64,000 bases of DNA from Lysobacterales bacterium (GCA_017302215.1 JAFLDX010000001.1:517-64516); one strand, 5' to 3'. Numbered from the stretch's first letter, positions 24,254 through 33,808 are shown. The notes: generated by a model not told the origin, from the sequence alone. Translations and numbers: made by a program.

Positions 24254-26716
24254 GTGACGGCGATCGAGATTCCGGGGTATCTGATCCGGCGGGAAATCGG
24301 CGCGGGCGGCATGGCCAGCGTCTACCTCGCGCTGCAGACGTCGCTCGAGCGCGACGTGGCGCTCAAGGTCATGGCCCCGGCGCTGGCCGTCGATCCGACG
24401 TTCTCCAAGCGCTTCCTGCAGGAAGCGCGCATGCTGGCCTCGCTTGCCCACCCCAACATCGTCCAGGTGTATGACGTCGGCGTCACCCAGGCGCAGCTCA
24501 ACTACTTTTCGATGCAGTACCTGCCGGGTGGCGATTTCGCCCAGCGCGTCCGAGGCGGCATCGGCGAGAAAGATCTCGTGCGCATTCTCGAAGGTGTGGC
24601 CAATGCACTCGGCTATGCGCACCAGCGCGGCTACGTCCATCGCGACGTGGCTCCCGGAAACATCCTGTTCGACGTCAACGACACGCCGGTTCTGACCGAC
24701 TTCGGCATCGCCCGGGCGATCAGCCAGGCTGCGCGCATCACCAGCGCGGGCATCTCGATCGGCACGAGCCACTACATGAGCCCCGAGCAGGCACGCGGCG
24801 GCGATGTCGATGCGCGCTCGGATCTGTACGGTCTCGGCGTGTTGACCTGGTTCGGTCTCACCGGCAAGCCCCCGTACGAAGGCGCCGACGGATTCGCGGT
24901 TTCCTATGCACACGTGTTCGAACCGATTCCGCGCCTGCCGGCGGCGCAAGCGCATTGGCAAGTCCTGATCGATCGGGCACTGGCCAAGGATCCCGCCACG
25001 CGCTTCCAGAGCGCGGATGAGTTCGTCGAGGCACTTGGCACGATCGACGTGCGTTCCGCCACGGCATCCGGTGCCGATGCGCCGACGCGCATCATGCGGC
25101 GCGACGGCGCGCTGGCTGCGGCTGCGGCGAACGCGCCGCCGCCACCGGACCTGCCGACCCGGATCGGTCCGGTAGCGACGTTCGAGGAGTCGAATGCCAC
25201 TGGTGCCGAAGCAGGCCCACGCGCGGGCTCACGACGCTGGCTGCCGTGGAGCATTGCCGCCGTCGGTCTCGCGCTGATGTCGCTGGTTGCCTACGCCCTG
25301 CTCGCCGGGCGTACACCGTCATTGCCCTCGGCGCAGAAGCCGGCCGAGCGTCCGGCGGCGACCCCGCCTGCCGCGACGGTGGCTTCGTCGTCCCCGGCGT
25401 CCACCCAGGCCGTGGCCGAAACTCCCGCGCCGGGCGCGGCTGCGCAGGCCGGGACCGACGACGCGGCCGTTCCCGCCGATGCGCTTGCGGCGTCGACGGA
25501 CGTTCCGGAGAGCGAAGCGCTCGATCTCTCGAAGGTTCCGACCGTGATCGATCCAGTCGTGGAGCTCGTCAGGCTCGGGCGGATCGACCTCGGCGCGCAA
25601 CGGTTGACGAGCCCGCCACGCAACAATGCATTCGAGCGCTTCAGTGTTGCACTGCGCATCGACCCCAAATCGAGGAGCGCGAGACAAGGTGTGGTCGACA
25701 CGGCCCGCGCCTACCTCGACATGGCCGACAAGGCGTGGGCAGCGGGCGATGCCGCGATGTTCGCCGGCTACCTCGACAAGGTCGCCGAGGTTGGCGCGGC
25801 AGTGCCTGAGGGTGCCGAGACGGTCGCCGCCGCCAAGGGCCGCCGCAAGCGCGAGGTCGACGCCCTGTTTGCCGTGGCCGAAACCGCGGAAACGCGCTGG
25901 GACAAGACGGCGGCGCGTGCCGCGTACGAGAAGATCCTCGTCGTCGACTCGTCCAGCGGGAAGGCGCGCGAGGCACTGCGCGGCGTGGATCGGATCGGTA
26001 CCCCCGGCTTCGTCTTCCGTGACGGTGCCGGCAGCGCTGGCGGGCCCGAATTCGTCGTGGTCGGCAAGGTTGCCTTCTCGCGCCGCGAGATCACGCGTGG
26101 CGAGTTCGCGCGGTTCTGGCGCAGTGCCGGACAACAGCAGTTCGCCGGCAAGGATCCGTCCTGCCGCGACCGCGAATCGGTATTCCGTTCCTCGCGCAAG
26201 CGGACCTGGCAGGCGCCGGACATCACCCAGGACGACTCGCATCCGGTTGTCTGCGTGAGTTTCGCGCAGGCGGCGGCGTACGCGGCATGGCTCGGCAAGG
26301 AAACGGGTCAGCGTTATCGGCTGCCAACGCCCTCGGAATGGGAGCAGGTCGCGCGAAGCGCCCCGGCCGGCAGCTGCTCGAGTGCGAACCTCGCCGATGC
26401 ATCGTTCAAGCGCGCATTCGACTCGCGCGCGGGCGCGGACTGCGATGATGCGCATGCCGCGACTGCGCCGGGCGGGCGTTTCGCAGCGGTGTCCGGAGTC
26501 TTCGACATCGATGGCAACGTGCGCGAGTGGGTCGCGGCTTGCGGGAAGGGCGCTGCACTGACCGCAGCTTGCCGCGACCATGGCGTGCGCGGGCGAGGCT
26601 GGATGTCGCCGGCGGACAAGGAGAGCGTCACCCAGCCCGACAGCTTTGCTGACGATGTCGCCCTGAATACGCTCGGTTTCCGCCTCGTGCGGGAACTCGA
26701 TGGAAAGGCGCAATGA
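24254..26716 (+). CDS. Transmembrane Ser/Thr protein kinase with a periplasmic TPR-like region and an FGE/SUMF1-like C-terminal domain
   Basis: Kinase motifs GAGGMASV, VALKV, HRDVAPGN, DFG and SPE. TM is WLPWSIAAVGLALMSLVAYALLAG. C-terminus has HPVVCVSFAQAAAYAAWL, YRLPTPSEWE, GNVREWV and GFRLV. Start uncertain (GTG 24254 after GAGGGGG; the ORF opens at 24143). Confidence 0.85.
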   Translation: MTAIEIPGYLIRREIGAGGMASVYLALQTSLERDVALKVMAPALAVDPTFSKRFLQEARMLASLAHPNIVQVYDVGVTQAQLNYFSMQYLPGGDFAQRVRGGIGEKDLVRILEGVANALGYAHQRGYVHRDVAPGNILFDVNDTPVLTDFGIARAISQAARITSAGISIGTSHYMSPEQARGGDVDARSDLYGLGVLTWFGLTGKPPYEGADGFAVSYAHVFEPIPRLPAAQAHWQVLIDRALAKDPATRFQSADEFVEALGTIDVRSATASGADAPTRIMRRDGALAAAAANAPPPPDLPTRIGPVATFEESNATGAEAGPRAGSRRWLPWSIAAVGLALMSLVAYALLAGRTPSLPSAQKPAERPAATPPAATVASSSPASTQAVAETPAPGAAAQAGTDDAAVPADALAASTDVPESEALDLSKVPTVIDPVVELVRLGRIDLGAQRLTSPPRNNAFERFSVALRIDPKSRSARQGVVDTARAYLDMADKAWAAGDAAMFAGYLDKVAEVGAAVPEGAETVAAAKGRRKREVDALFAVAETAETRWDKTAARAAYEKILVVDSSSGKAREALRGVDRIGTPGFVFRDGAGSAGGPEFVVVGKVAFSRREITRGEFARFWRSAGQQQFAGKDPSCRDRESVFRSSRKRTWQAPDITQDDSHPVVCVSFAQAAAYAAWLGKETGQRYRLPTPSEWEQVARSAPAGSCSSANLADASFKRAFDSRAGADCDDAHAATAPGGRFAAVSGVFDIDGNVREWVAACGKGAALTAACRDHGVRGRGWMSPADKESVTQPDSFADDVALNTLGFRLVRELDGKAQ

Positions 26717-26738
26717 CTCGCGTCACCTTGGAGGCCAA

Positions 26739-27554
26739 ATGAAGCTGATCTTTCCGAATGGCGAGCATGCCGCGGTTGCGCTGGGCGACGGGGTCACGCG
26801 GGTCGGTTCAGGCAGCGACTGCCAGGTCGTTCTCGTTGCGCCCGGCGTCTCCGTCGACCATTGCGAGATAGAGGTCACGAACGGCAACGCGCTCGTACGC
26901 GCACGCGATGCCTCCGTGGCCACCGTGCTCAACGGGCGACAGATCACTCAGCCCGAGACGCTCAAGCCCGGCGATCTGCTCCTGTTCGGCCGGATCGGCT
27001 GCCGCGTCGTCGCCGCCGAGCGTGTTGCAACCGCGCCGATCGCGGCTGCTACGCCGGTTCCTGCGAACGGCGCCGAAGACGGGCGCACGCGCGTGCGCAT
27101 GGCCCTGCCGAAGTTCATGCTGCGCGGCGTTTCGGGAACGACATTCGGTCGCAACTTCGCACTGAGCGGGTCGATGACGATCGGTCGTCAGGCCGATTGC
27201 GACATACCGATCCAGGCCGAGGAGATTTCGCGCCACCATGCGCGCCTGCAGGTGACTGCCGAGGGCGTCATGGTCGAGGACCTCGGATCGGCGAACGGCA
27301 CGTGGATCAACGACAAGCGCGTGCACACCGGGATGTTGCGGCCCGGTGAGGAGTTGCGCCTCGATACGGTCCGCTTCCTGCTGCTCGCGCCGGGTGCGCA
27401 GCCGCCCGCGGCGGCAACGCGTCCTGCCGCGCCCGACGCCGTCGCCCGCTCCGACCCGCGTGCCGGCTCGTCGGCGACCTGGTGGGTCATCGGCACGCTC
27501 GTGCTGGCGGCGGCAGTGGCAGTCGGCGTGCTGCGTTATCTCGGCAAGATCTGA
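26739..27554 (+). CDS. Tandem FHA-domain protein with a C-terminal TM anchor
   Basis: The second FHA is canonical (TIGRQADCDI...ISRHHARL...GSANGTWIN) and the first is degenerate. C-terminal WWVIGTLVLAAAVAVGVL. GGAGG RBS before ATG 26739. Confidence 0.85.
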   Translation: MKLIFPNGEHAAVALGDGVTRVGSGSDCQVVLVAPGVSVDHCEIEVTNGNALVRARDASVATVLNGRQITQPETLKPGDLLLFGRIGCRVVAAERVATAPIAAATPVPANGAEDGRTRVRMALPKFMLRGVSGTTFGRNFALSGSMTIGRQADCDIPIQAEEISRHHARLQVTAEGVMVEDLGSANGTWINDKRVHTGMLRPGEELRLDTVRFLLLAPGAQPPAAATRPAAPDAVARSDPRAGSSATWWVIGTLVLAAAVAVGVLRYLGKI

Positions 27555-28414
27555 GCGTCGCCCAGGTTCTGGCGTGCCGCGATCTCCACGCGCATCGAGA
27601 GGTCGATGGCGCGAAGGTGCTTGGTCAGCGCGCCTATCGAGATGTAGTCGACACCGGTTTCGGCGATCGCACGGACACGATCGATGCCGACGCCCCCGGA
27701 GACCTCGAGCGGCACGCGCCCGTCGACCTCGGTGACGGCACGCACCAGTTCGTCCGCGTCGAATTCGTCGAGCATGATGCGGTCGACGCGTGCGGTGACC
27801 GCCTCGCGCAGTTCGCCGAAGTTCTCGACTTCGACCTCGACCAGCACGCCCGGATGCAGCACGCGCGCGCGCGCCACGGCCGCCGTGATCGAGCCGGCCA
27901 TCGCGATGTGGTTCTCCTTGAGGAGAATGGCGTCGTGCAGTCCCATGCGATGGTTCGTGCCACCGCCGACGCGGACCGCGTACTTCTGGGCGAGGCGCAG
28001 GCCGGGCAGTGTCTTGCGCGTGTCGAGGATGCGCGCGCGCGTGCCACGCACCGCGTCGACGTACGCCGCGGTCGTCGTTGCAGTCGCGGACAGGGTCTGC
28101 AGGAAGTTGAGCGCGCTGCGCTCGGCAGTCACCAGCGCGCGCGCCATGCCGGTCACGCGGCAGAGCAGGCTGCCGGCTGCCGCGCGAGCACCTTCATCGA
28201 TCTGCCAGTCGAACTGGACGCCGGCGTCGAGGCGCCGAAAGCAGCCCTCGAACCACGCGCGGCCGCACACGACGGCAGACTCCCTCGTGATGACACGCGC
28301 ACCGGCCCCGGCGTCCGCAGGCAGGAGATCGGCGGTGACATCCCCGCTGCCGATGTCTTCAGCCAGGGCGCGTTCGACGTCGCGCAGCACTTCGCCTGGA
28401 TCGACCGGGATCAT
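27536..28414 (-). CDS. nadC: Nicotinate-nucleotide pyrophosphorylase (carboxylating)
   Basis: 292 aa; ALAEDIGSGDVTADLLP...ERSALNFLQTLS...TRKTLPGLR...MLDEF are NadC hallmarks. Confidence 0.95.
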   Translation of the reverse strand: MIPVDPGEVLRDVERALAEDIGSGDVTADLLPADAGAGARVITRESAVVCGRAWFEGCFRRLDAGVQFDWQIDEGARAAAGSLLCRVTGMARALVTAERSALNFLQTLSATATTTAAYVDAVRGTRARILDTRKTLPGLRLAQKYAVRVGGGTNHRMGLHDAILLKENHIAMAGSITAAVARARVLHPGVLVEVEVENFGELREAVTARVDRIMLDEFDADELVRAVTEVDGRVPLEVSGGVGIDRVRAIAETGVDYISIGALTKHLRAIDLSMRVEIAARQNLGDAQILPR

Positions 28415-28495
28415 GGCTGCTCGGGGTCGTTCATGGGCCTCGCAGCGTAGGACATCGCGAGGGCGCGCGAAAGAAGCCCACGCCTGCCCGCGGCC

Positions 28496-30880
28496 TCAGG
28501 CGCCCGGCGTTCCCGACGTCGCGGGCAGCGCATTCGCCTGGGTCTGGCGAAGGCGCTCGACGATGGCATCGAGTGCGCGATCGAACAGAGGGACTTCCTC
28601 GAGAACCAGCGCGGTGCCGCGACGAAGTTCGACGGCGAGCGCGGCGACCGTCTTGTCGCCGACCTTCAGGCCGCGTCGATTGACGAACAGGTATTTCGAA
28701 CTGATCGGGCTGATCCACGACAGCTTGGCCCGCTCGCGGTTGCCGGTTTCGTCGATGAATTCGATCCAGGTGCCCACCTTCATGCTGCGGGCGACATCGA
28801 TGTACTCGTCGTTCTCGGCCGGCTCGACCGGCTCCGGTTCGATGCTGCCCGAACTGAGGACGATCTCCTCCACCGGGCTCTGCGTCACCGGCGCCGACTC
28901 CGGCTGGCCCGGGCTCGCCGGTGCAAGGTCGGCGGCGTTGTCGTTGATGACCTGCTCGGCCGTCTTCAGCTCGAGCGCTTCGCCGTTCAACACGCGCTGG
29001 TAGAACCGGGTCAGGTCCTGCATGAGGACGCGCACATCGCCTTCGTGGAAGGCGACGGTGCCGAGGCCGTGGCGCAGCGCCTTCTCCAACTGCGGAAGCA
29101 GGGTGCGCAGACGCGAACGTTCGGCATCGTTCGTCTTCGGCAAGGCACTCCACACGAACTCGTCGGCGAAACGCAAGGCGTTCTTCCACTCTTCCGACGT
29201 CGAACCATGGCGCAGTTCGGTCAGCACGAGATAGTTTGCCCACGGGCGCGAGAGGACGTTGTGCACGACCGGCGGGAGCTCGCGGTTGCCGATGCGCACG
29301 AGGATCTCGCGCGCGGCGTTGCGCCGGGCGACATGCAGCTTCTCGCGGCCGCGCGTGACTTCGGCCGCGCGCTGCTCGGCCAGTTCGGCTCGGCGGCGAT
29401 GCTGATGGACGAACTGGTCGAAACTCGCGCACTCGTGCTCGATGACCGCGAGGTCGTCGTCGAAGTCGGTGAGGACGGTCTCGACGGCGGACCGGATGCG
29501 ATCGAACAGGCGGTGGTCGGCGTCGGACTCCTCGGACCAGCTCTTGCCGGCCTCGGCGATCGCATCGAGAAGTCGCCGTGCGGGATGGGATTTCTGCGCG
29601 AAAAGATGCTTGTCGAGAATCGCGATCTTGAGGTACGGGATCTGCAGGCGGCCGATCTGGGCCTGGATCTCGGGTGGGAGATTGCGATCCTGCAGGATGA
29701 ACTCGAACAGCATGCCTACGAGGTCGATCGTGTCCTCGTCGGCCGTCGAGACGTGGTGGCCGTGCGTTTCTCCACCGAGCCGGTGCACCTCGTCGAGCAA
29801 CTCGCGCTTGATCTGCTGCACCGCCTGCGCCGCATCGGTGACGGCGGCCGTGTGCGACTGCGTGGCGAGGGCCTGGTTCTGCAGGATCGTCAACGCGCTG
29901 AGAAGATCGGTCGGACTCAGGTTGGGAACGAGTGACGCGTGACCGCGAACATCGACGCCGTCGGTGCGGAACTCGTCGCTGTGCCTGCGACCCGCGAGCA
30001 GGCTGCGCAGCGTGCCGTACAACTCGGCCTGCAGCTCGGCGGCGATCGGGTCGTAAGCGCTGCCCGGATGGCCAGGGGGCGCCGCCGCCTGCATCCCGCT
30101 CTCGACCGCGCGCGCGTCACCCGCGGGCGTTGCGTGTGACGCGCCGCCGGGGGCACGTTGCTGCGGAAGTACATGGCGGATCTGCGGCAGCACGCCGGCA
30201 CGAATGAGCTCGGCATTGACCTCCTCGTACAGCGGTTCGAGCCCCGACATGACGAAGCGGTCGAACAGCTTGTAGATGATCAGCTTGACCTGGACGTTGA
30301 GGTCGAACTCGTGCACGGACAGGCGAAAGGCGTTGCACAGAGGTGCCGGTCCGATCGGGTTGGTCGCGTCCTCGACCGGCGCTCCGCCATTGATCACGGC
30401 CAACCGCTGGTTGACCTGGTAGAGCGTTCGCGACAGCCGGTTCTCGGCCTTGGCCACCATGCTCGAGATCGCCAGCGATTCCTCGAGCTCCACGTCGTCG
30501 ACGAGCGAGAGTCCGGCAGAGCCCTGGGGACTCACTTCGGGACGCACGGCCTTCAACTTGCCTTCGGCGAAATCGTTGAAGATCCGTGCGAGTTGTTCCT
30601 GGAACAGGCGCTCGACGAGCTGGCGCTTCTTGCGCACCTCGCGCATGCCGTCGAAGAACTGCACCTGGACGGCGTTGCTCTCCGCGCGCTCGGCGAGATG
30701 GAAAAGGGCATCGTCGACATTCTCGAACAGCGTGCTGACGAGGCCATTGACGCGTTTGAGCGCGATGCCGCGCACGAGTTTGAGCAGCTCGCCGAGCCGG
30801 TCACCCGCCGCGCCGGGCATGCCCTGCCGAAGTTTGCCGAGGTCGAAGACCTTGTTCGATTTGTCCTCGGGGTTGCTCAT
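28496..30880 (-). CDS. DUF1631-family protein (794 aa, function unknown)
   Basis: The N-terminus LVSTLFENVDDALFHLAERAESNAVQVQFFDGMREVRKKR matches my recollection of DUF1631; clean codon usage; adjacent to nadC. Confidence 0.7.
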   Translation of the reverse strand: MSNPEDKSNKVFDLGKLRQGMPGAAGDRLGELLKLVRGIALKRVNGLVSTLFENVDDALFHLAERAESNAVQVQFFDGMREVRKKRQLVERLFQEQLARIFNDFAEGKLKAVRPEVSPQGSAGLSLVDDVELEESLAISSMVAKAENRLSRTLYQVNQRLAVINGGAPVEDATNPIGPAPLCNAFRLSVHEFDLNVQVKLIIYKLFDRFVMSGLEPLYEEVNAELIRAGVLPQIRHVLPQQRAPGGASHATPAGDARAVESGMQAAAPPGHPGSAYDPIAAELQAELYGTLRSLLAGRRHSDEFRTDGVDVRGHASLVPNLSPTDLLSALTILQNQALATQSHTAAVTDAAQAVQQIKRELLDEVHRLGGETHGHHVSTADEDTIDLVGMLFEFILQDRNLPPEIQAQIGRLQIPYLKIAILDKHLFAQKSHPARRLLDAIAEAGKSWSEESDADHRLFDRIRSAVETVLTDFDDDLAVIEHECASFDQFVHQHRRRAELAEQRAAEVTRGREKLHVARRNAAREILVRIGNRELPPVVHNVLSRPWANYLVLTELRHGSTSEEWKNALRFADEFVWSALPKTNDAERSRLRTLLPQLEKALRHGLGTVAFHEGDVRVLMQDLTRFYQRVLNGEALELKTAEQVINDNAADLAPASPGQPESAPVTQSPVEEIVLSSGSIEPEPVEPAENDEYIDVARSMKVGTWIEFIDETGNRERAKLSWISPISSKYLFVNRRGLKVGDKTVAALAVELRRGTALVLEEVPLFDRALDAIVERLRQTQANALPATSGTPGA

Positions 30881-30987
30881 CGGGCGCGTGTTCCAGACGT
30901 GGCGCAGGCAAGTCCAATCGGTGATCGAGCTTGCCGCAGTGCATGGGGAGTCGGCATGTGCCGGCCGTCAGTCGAGTGTGATGACCA

Positions 30988-31272
30988 TCACATCTCTCCG
31001 TCGCTCGAGCGAGATCGGAGGGCTTCCGATGCCCCGACGAGGATGGCTTCTTCGGCGAGCAGAACAGGGATGTCGTCCTCGATCCGGTAGTAGCGGCCGC
31101 CCCGGGTCGCTGCGAGTGCCGCCACGACGCGCGGCCGGGCCGGTTTGCCGCCTGCATGGCCATCGCCCGCGGCGATCGACGCGTTGAGTGCATCGAGCTC
31201 GGTCGCGGAGGCCATGCGCAACGGACTGCGTGTGACCGGACAGCACAGGATGTCGAGCAACGGCTTCTGCAT
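30988..31272 (-). CDS. Trm112/UPF0434-family small protein
   Basis: MQKPLLDILCCPV...YYRIEDDIPVLLAEEAI brackets typical of Trm112/YcaR-like proteins; start trimmed to ATG 31272. Confidence 0.6.
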   Translation of the reverse strand: MQKPLLDILCCPVTRSPLRMASATELDALNASIAAGDGHAGGKPARPRVVAALAATRGGRYYRIEDDIPVLLAEEAILVGASEALRSRSSDGEM

Positions 31273-31362
31273 GGAGGTCCCCGCGACGCAAGCACCGATC
31301 GCGCGGGCCTGCCGAAGGCCGCGCACATGCGCGTACAATAAGTGTTTTGGCGCGGGTCGACC

Positions 31363-31869
31363 ATGGGCGAACGGGCAGAAAATCCGCTGGTGAGCGTGGT
31401 GATGGGCTCCCGTTCAGATTGGGAGACCATGCGGCACGCTGCCGAGATGCTCGAGCGCCTCGGCGTCCCGCACGAAGTGCGCGTCGTCTCGGCCCATCGC
31501 ACGCCCGACGTGCTGTTCTCCCATGCCGAGAACGCGGCGCGGCGCGGACTCGCCGCGATCATCGCGGGCGCCGGCGGCGCCGCGCACCTGCCGGGCATGC
31601 TCGCCGCGAAGACGCGCGTGCCGGTGCTCGGCGTGCCGGTGCAGTCGCAGGCACTCAACGGCATGGATTCGTTGCTGTCGATCGTGCAGATGCCGGCCGG
31701 CGTGCCGGTTGCAACCTTCGCGATCGGACGTGCCGGAGCGACCAATGCCGCGCTGTTCGCCGCTGCGATGCTCGCGGTCGGCGATGCCGCGCTGGCTTCG
31801 CGCCTCGATGCGTTTCGCCGGGAACAGTCCGAGGGCGTGATCGCCCGCGACGACCCGCGCGTGGAGTGA
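31363..31869 (+). CDS. purE: N5-carboxyaminoimidazole ribonucleotide mutase
   Basis: [40 protein letters not shown] is canonical PurE. Confidence 0.95.
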   Translation: MGERAENPLVSVVMGSRSDWETMRHAAEMLERLGVPHEVRVVSAHRTPDVLFSHAENAARRGLAAIIAGAGGAAHLPGMLAAKTRVPVLGVPVQSQALNGMDSLLSIVQMPAGVPVATFAIGRAGATNAALFAAAMLAVGDAALASRLDAFRREQSEGVIARDDPRVE

Positions 31870-31871
31870 GC

Positions 31872-33005
31872 GTGGCGACGATCGGCATCCTCGGTGGCGG
31901 TCAACTGGCGCGAATGCTCGCCCTCGCGGGCGCGCCGCTCGGCCATCGCTTCCTCGTCGTCGACACGGCCGAGGACGCGTGCGCCGCGCAGGTCGCGCCG
32001 CTGCTGCGCGCCGACTGGCGGGACTTCGACACGCTCGAACAGTTCGCACGGCGCATCGACGTCGCAACGTTCGATTTCGAGAACGTGCCGGCAGCGACGG
32101 CCGAATGGCTGACCGCGCACACACACGTCTTCCCGAACCCGATCGCGCTGGCGACGGCACAGGACCGGTACGCCGAGAAGTCACTGTTTCGCGAGATCGG
32201 CCTCGGCACTCCGGACTTCGCTGCGGTGGACAGCGAAGACGACCTGCGCGCCGCGGCGACCTCGCTCGGTTTTCCATGCGTGCTCAAGACGCGTCGGCTG
32301 GGCTACGATGGCAAGGGCCAGTGCATCCTGCGCGGCACGGCCGACATCGCGCCGGCATGGGCTGCCATCGGTGGCGTTCCGTTGATCCTCGAGGCCTTCG
32401 TGCCGTTCGACAGCGAAGTCTCGGTCATTGCCGTGCGCTCGCGCACCGGTGAGTTCCGCCACTACCCGTTGACGCGCAACTGGCATCGCGGCGGCATCCT
32501 GTCGGCGAGTCTCGCCCCGCTCGGCGGCGCAGGCGCGCTCGAGGCGCAGGCGGTCGTGCACGCGCGCGTGCTCGCCGAACGTCTCGACTATGTCGGGGTA
32601 TTCGCCCTCGAACTGTTCGTCGTGGACGGAAAACTGCTCGTGAACGAAATGGCGCCGCGCGTGCACAACTCGGGGCACTGGACGATCGAGGGAACGCCGT
32701 GCAGCCAGTTCGAGAACCATGTGCGGGCGGTGCTCGGCCAGCCGCTCGGCGATACCACGGCCCGTGCCTGCAGCGTGATGCTCAACTGGATAGGTGAACT
32801 GCCGGACGCAGGACCCGTGCTCGCCGAGGCGGGTGGCCATTGGCACGATTACGGCAAGGCGCCGCGCCCCGGTCGCAAGGTCGGTCACGCCACCCTGTGC
32901 GCCGACCGGCCCGGGATGCTGCGCGACGTGCTCGTCCGGGTCGCGCGCGCACTCGGGCGTGAAGCCGAGTGCGCGCCGGTGATCGCTGCGCTCGACGCCG
33001 GCTGA
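31872..33005 (+). CDS. purK: N5-carboxyaminoimidazole ribonucleotide synthase
   Basis: GTG 31872 lies 2 nt after the purE stop; (M)ATIGILGGGQLARML...ATP-grasp...NEMAPRVHNSGHWT; hidden inside ORF-track frame 31347..33005. Confidence 0.93.
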   Translation: MATIGILGGGQLARMLALAGAPLGHRFLVVDTAEDACAAQVAPLLRADWRDFDTLEQFARRIDVATFDFENVPAATAEWLTAHTHVFPNPIALATAQDRYAEKSLFREIGLGTPDFAAVDSEDDLRAAATSLGFPCVLKTRRLGYDGKGQCILRGTADIAPAWAAIGGVPLILEAFVPFDSEVSVIAVRSRTGEFRHYPLTRNWHRGGILSASLAPLGGAGALEAQAVVHARVLAERLDYVGVFALELFVVDGKLLVNEMAPRVHNSGHWTIEGTPCSQFENHVRAVLGQPLGDTTARACSVMLNWIGELPDAGPVLAEAGGHWHDYGKAPRPGRKVGHATLCADRPGMLRDVLVRVARALGREAECAPVIAALDAG

Positions 33006-33021
33006 CGGCGCGCGCGCAGGG

Positions 33022-33600
33022 TCAAGCCATCTGGCTCTCGGCGAAATCCCAGTTGACCAGATTCCAGAACGCTTCGACGTACTTCGGCCGCGCGTTGCGG
33101 TAGTCGATGTAGTAAGCGTGCTCCCACACGTCGCAGGTGAGCAGGGCGCGGTCGCTGCCGGTCAGCGGCGTGCCGGCATTCGACGTGCTCGCGAGCGCGA
33201 GGCCTCCGTCGGGGCGTTGCACGAGCCACCCCCAACCCGATCCGAACGTGCCGACCGACGTCTTCGTGAACTCGTCCTTGAACTTCGCGAAGTCGCCGAA
33301 CGCCTTGTTGATCGCATCGGCCAGGCGACCGGCCGGTTCGCCTCCGCCATCGGGCTTCAGGCAGTTCCAGTAGAACGTGTGGTTCCAGATCTGGGCAGCA
33401 TTGTTGAACATGCCGCCACTCGACTTGCGGATGATCTCCTCGAGCGGCATTTCCTCGAACTCGGTGCCCTTGATCTGGTTGTTGAGGTTGGTGACGTAGG
33501 CCTGGTGGTGCTTGCCGTAGTGGTAGTCGATCGTCTCGGCCGAGATGTGCGGCGCGAGCGCGTCACGAGCCCACGGAAGCGGGGGAAGTTCGATTGCCAT
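33022..33600 (-). CDS. sodB: Fe-type superoxide dismutase
   Basis: [36 protein letters not shown]...[13 protein letters not shown]; AAGGAG RBS 7 nt upstream of ATG 33600. Confidence 0.93.
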   Translation of the reverse strand: MAIELPPLPWARDALAPHISAETIDYHYGKHHQAYVTNLNNQIKGTEFEEMPLEEIIRKSSGGMFNNAAQIWNHTFYWNCLKPDGGGEPAGRLADAINKAFGDFAKFKDEFTKTSVGTFGSGWGWLVQRPDGGLALASTSNAGTPLTGSDRALLTCDVWEHAYYIDYRNARPKYVEAFWNLVNWDFAESQMA

Positions 33601-33808
33601 GGAGGATCTCCTTGCCGATGGGTAGGACGGCAGCGTTGCCGGGGAGCGCATCGTCGTCGGTCACGCCGGCATGCGCGATGAACGGCCGGGGTTCCGGACG
33701 GCGCAGCATATGAAGTCGCGATCGCCCAAATCAACCGCCGTCGCGCGTGCGCCTGCTAAGATGCCCGCGCTCGCGCCGCTGTGCCGCCATTCTTTCCGGG
33801 TTCCGCCG

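Noticed and set aside
25950-26716. FGE-like domain of the kinase as the maturase for the sulfatase at 57.9-59.5 kb.
   Set aside because: The domain lacks the paired catalytic cysteines, is fused to a sensor kinase and lies more than 30 kb away. It is more plausibly a ligand-binding module.
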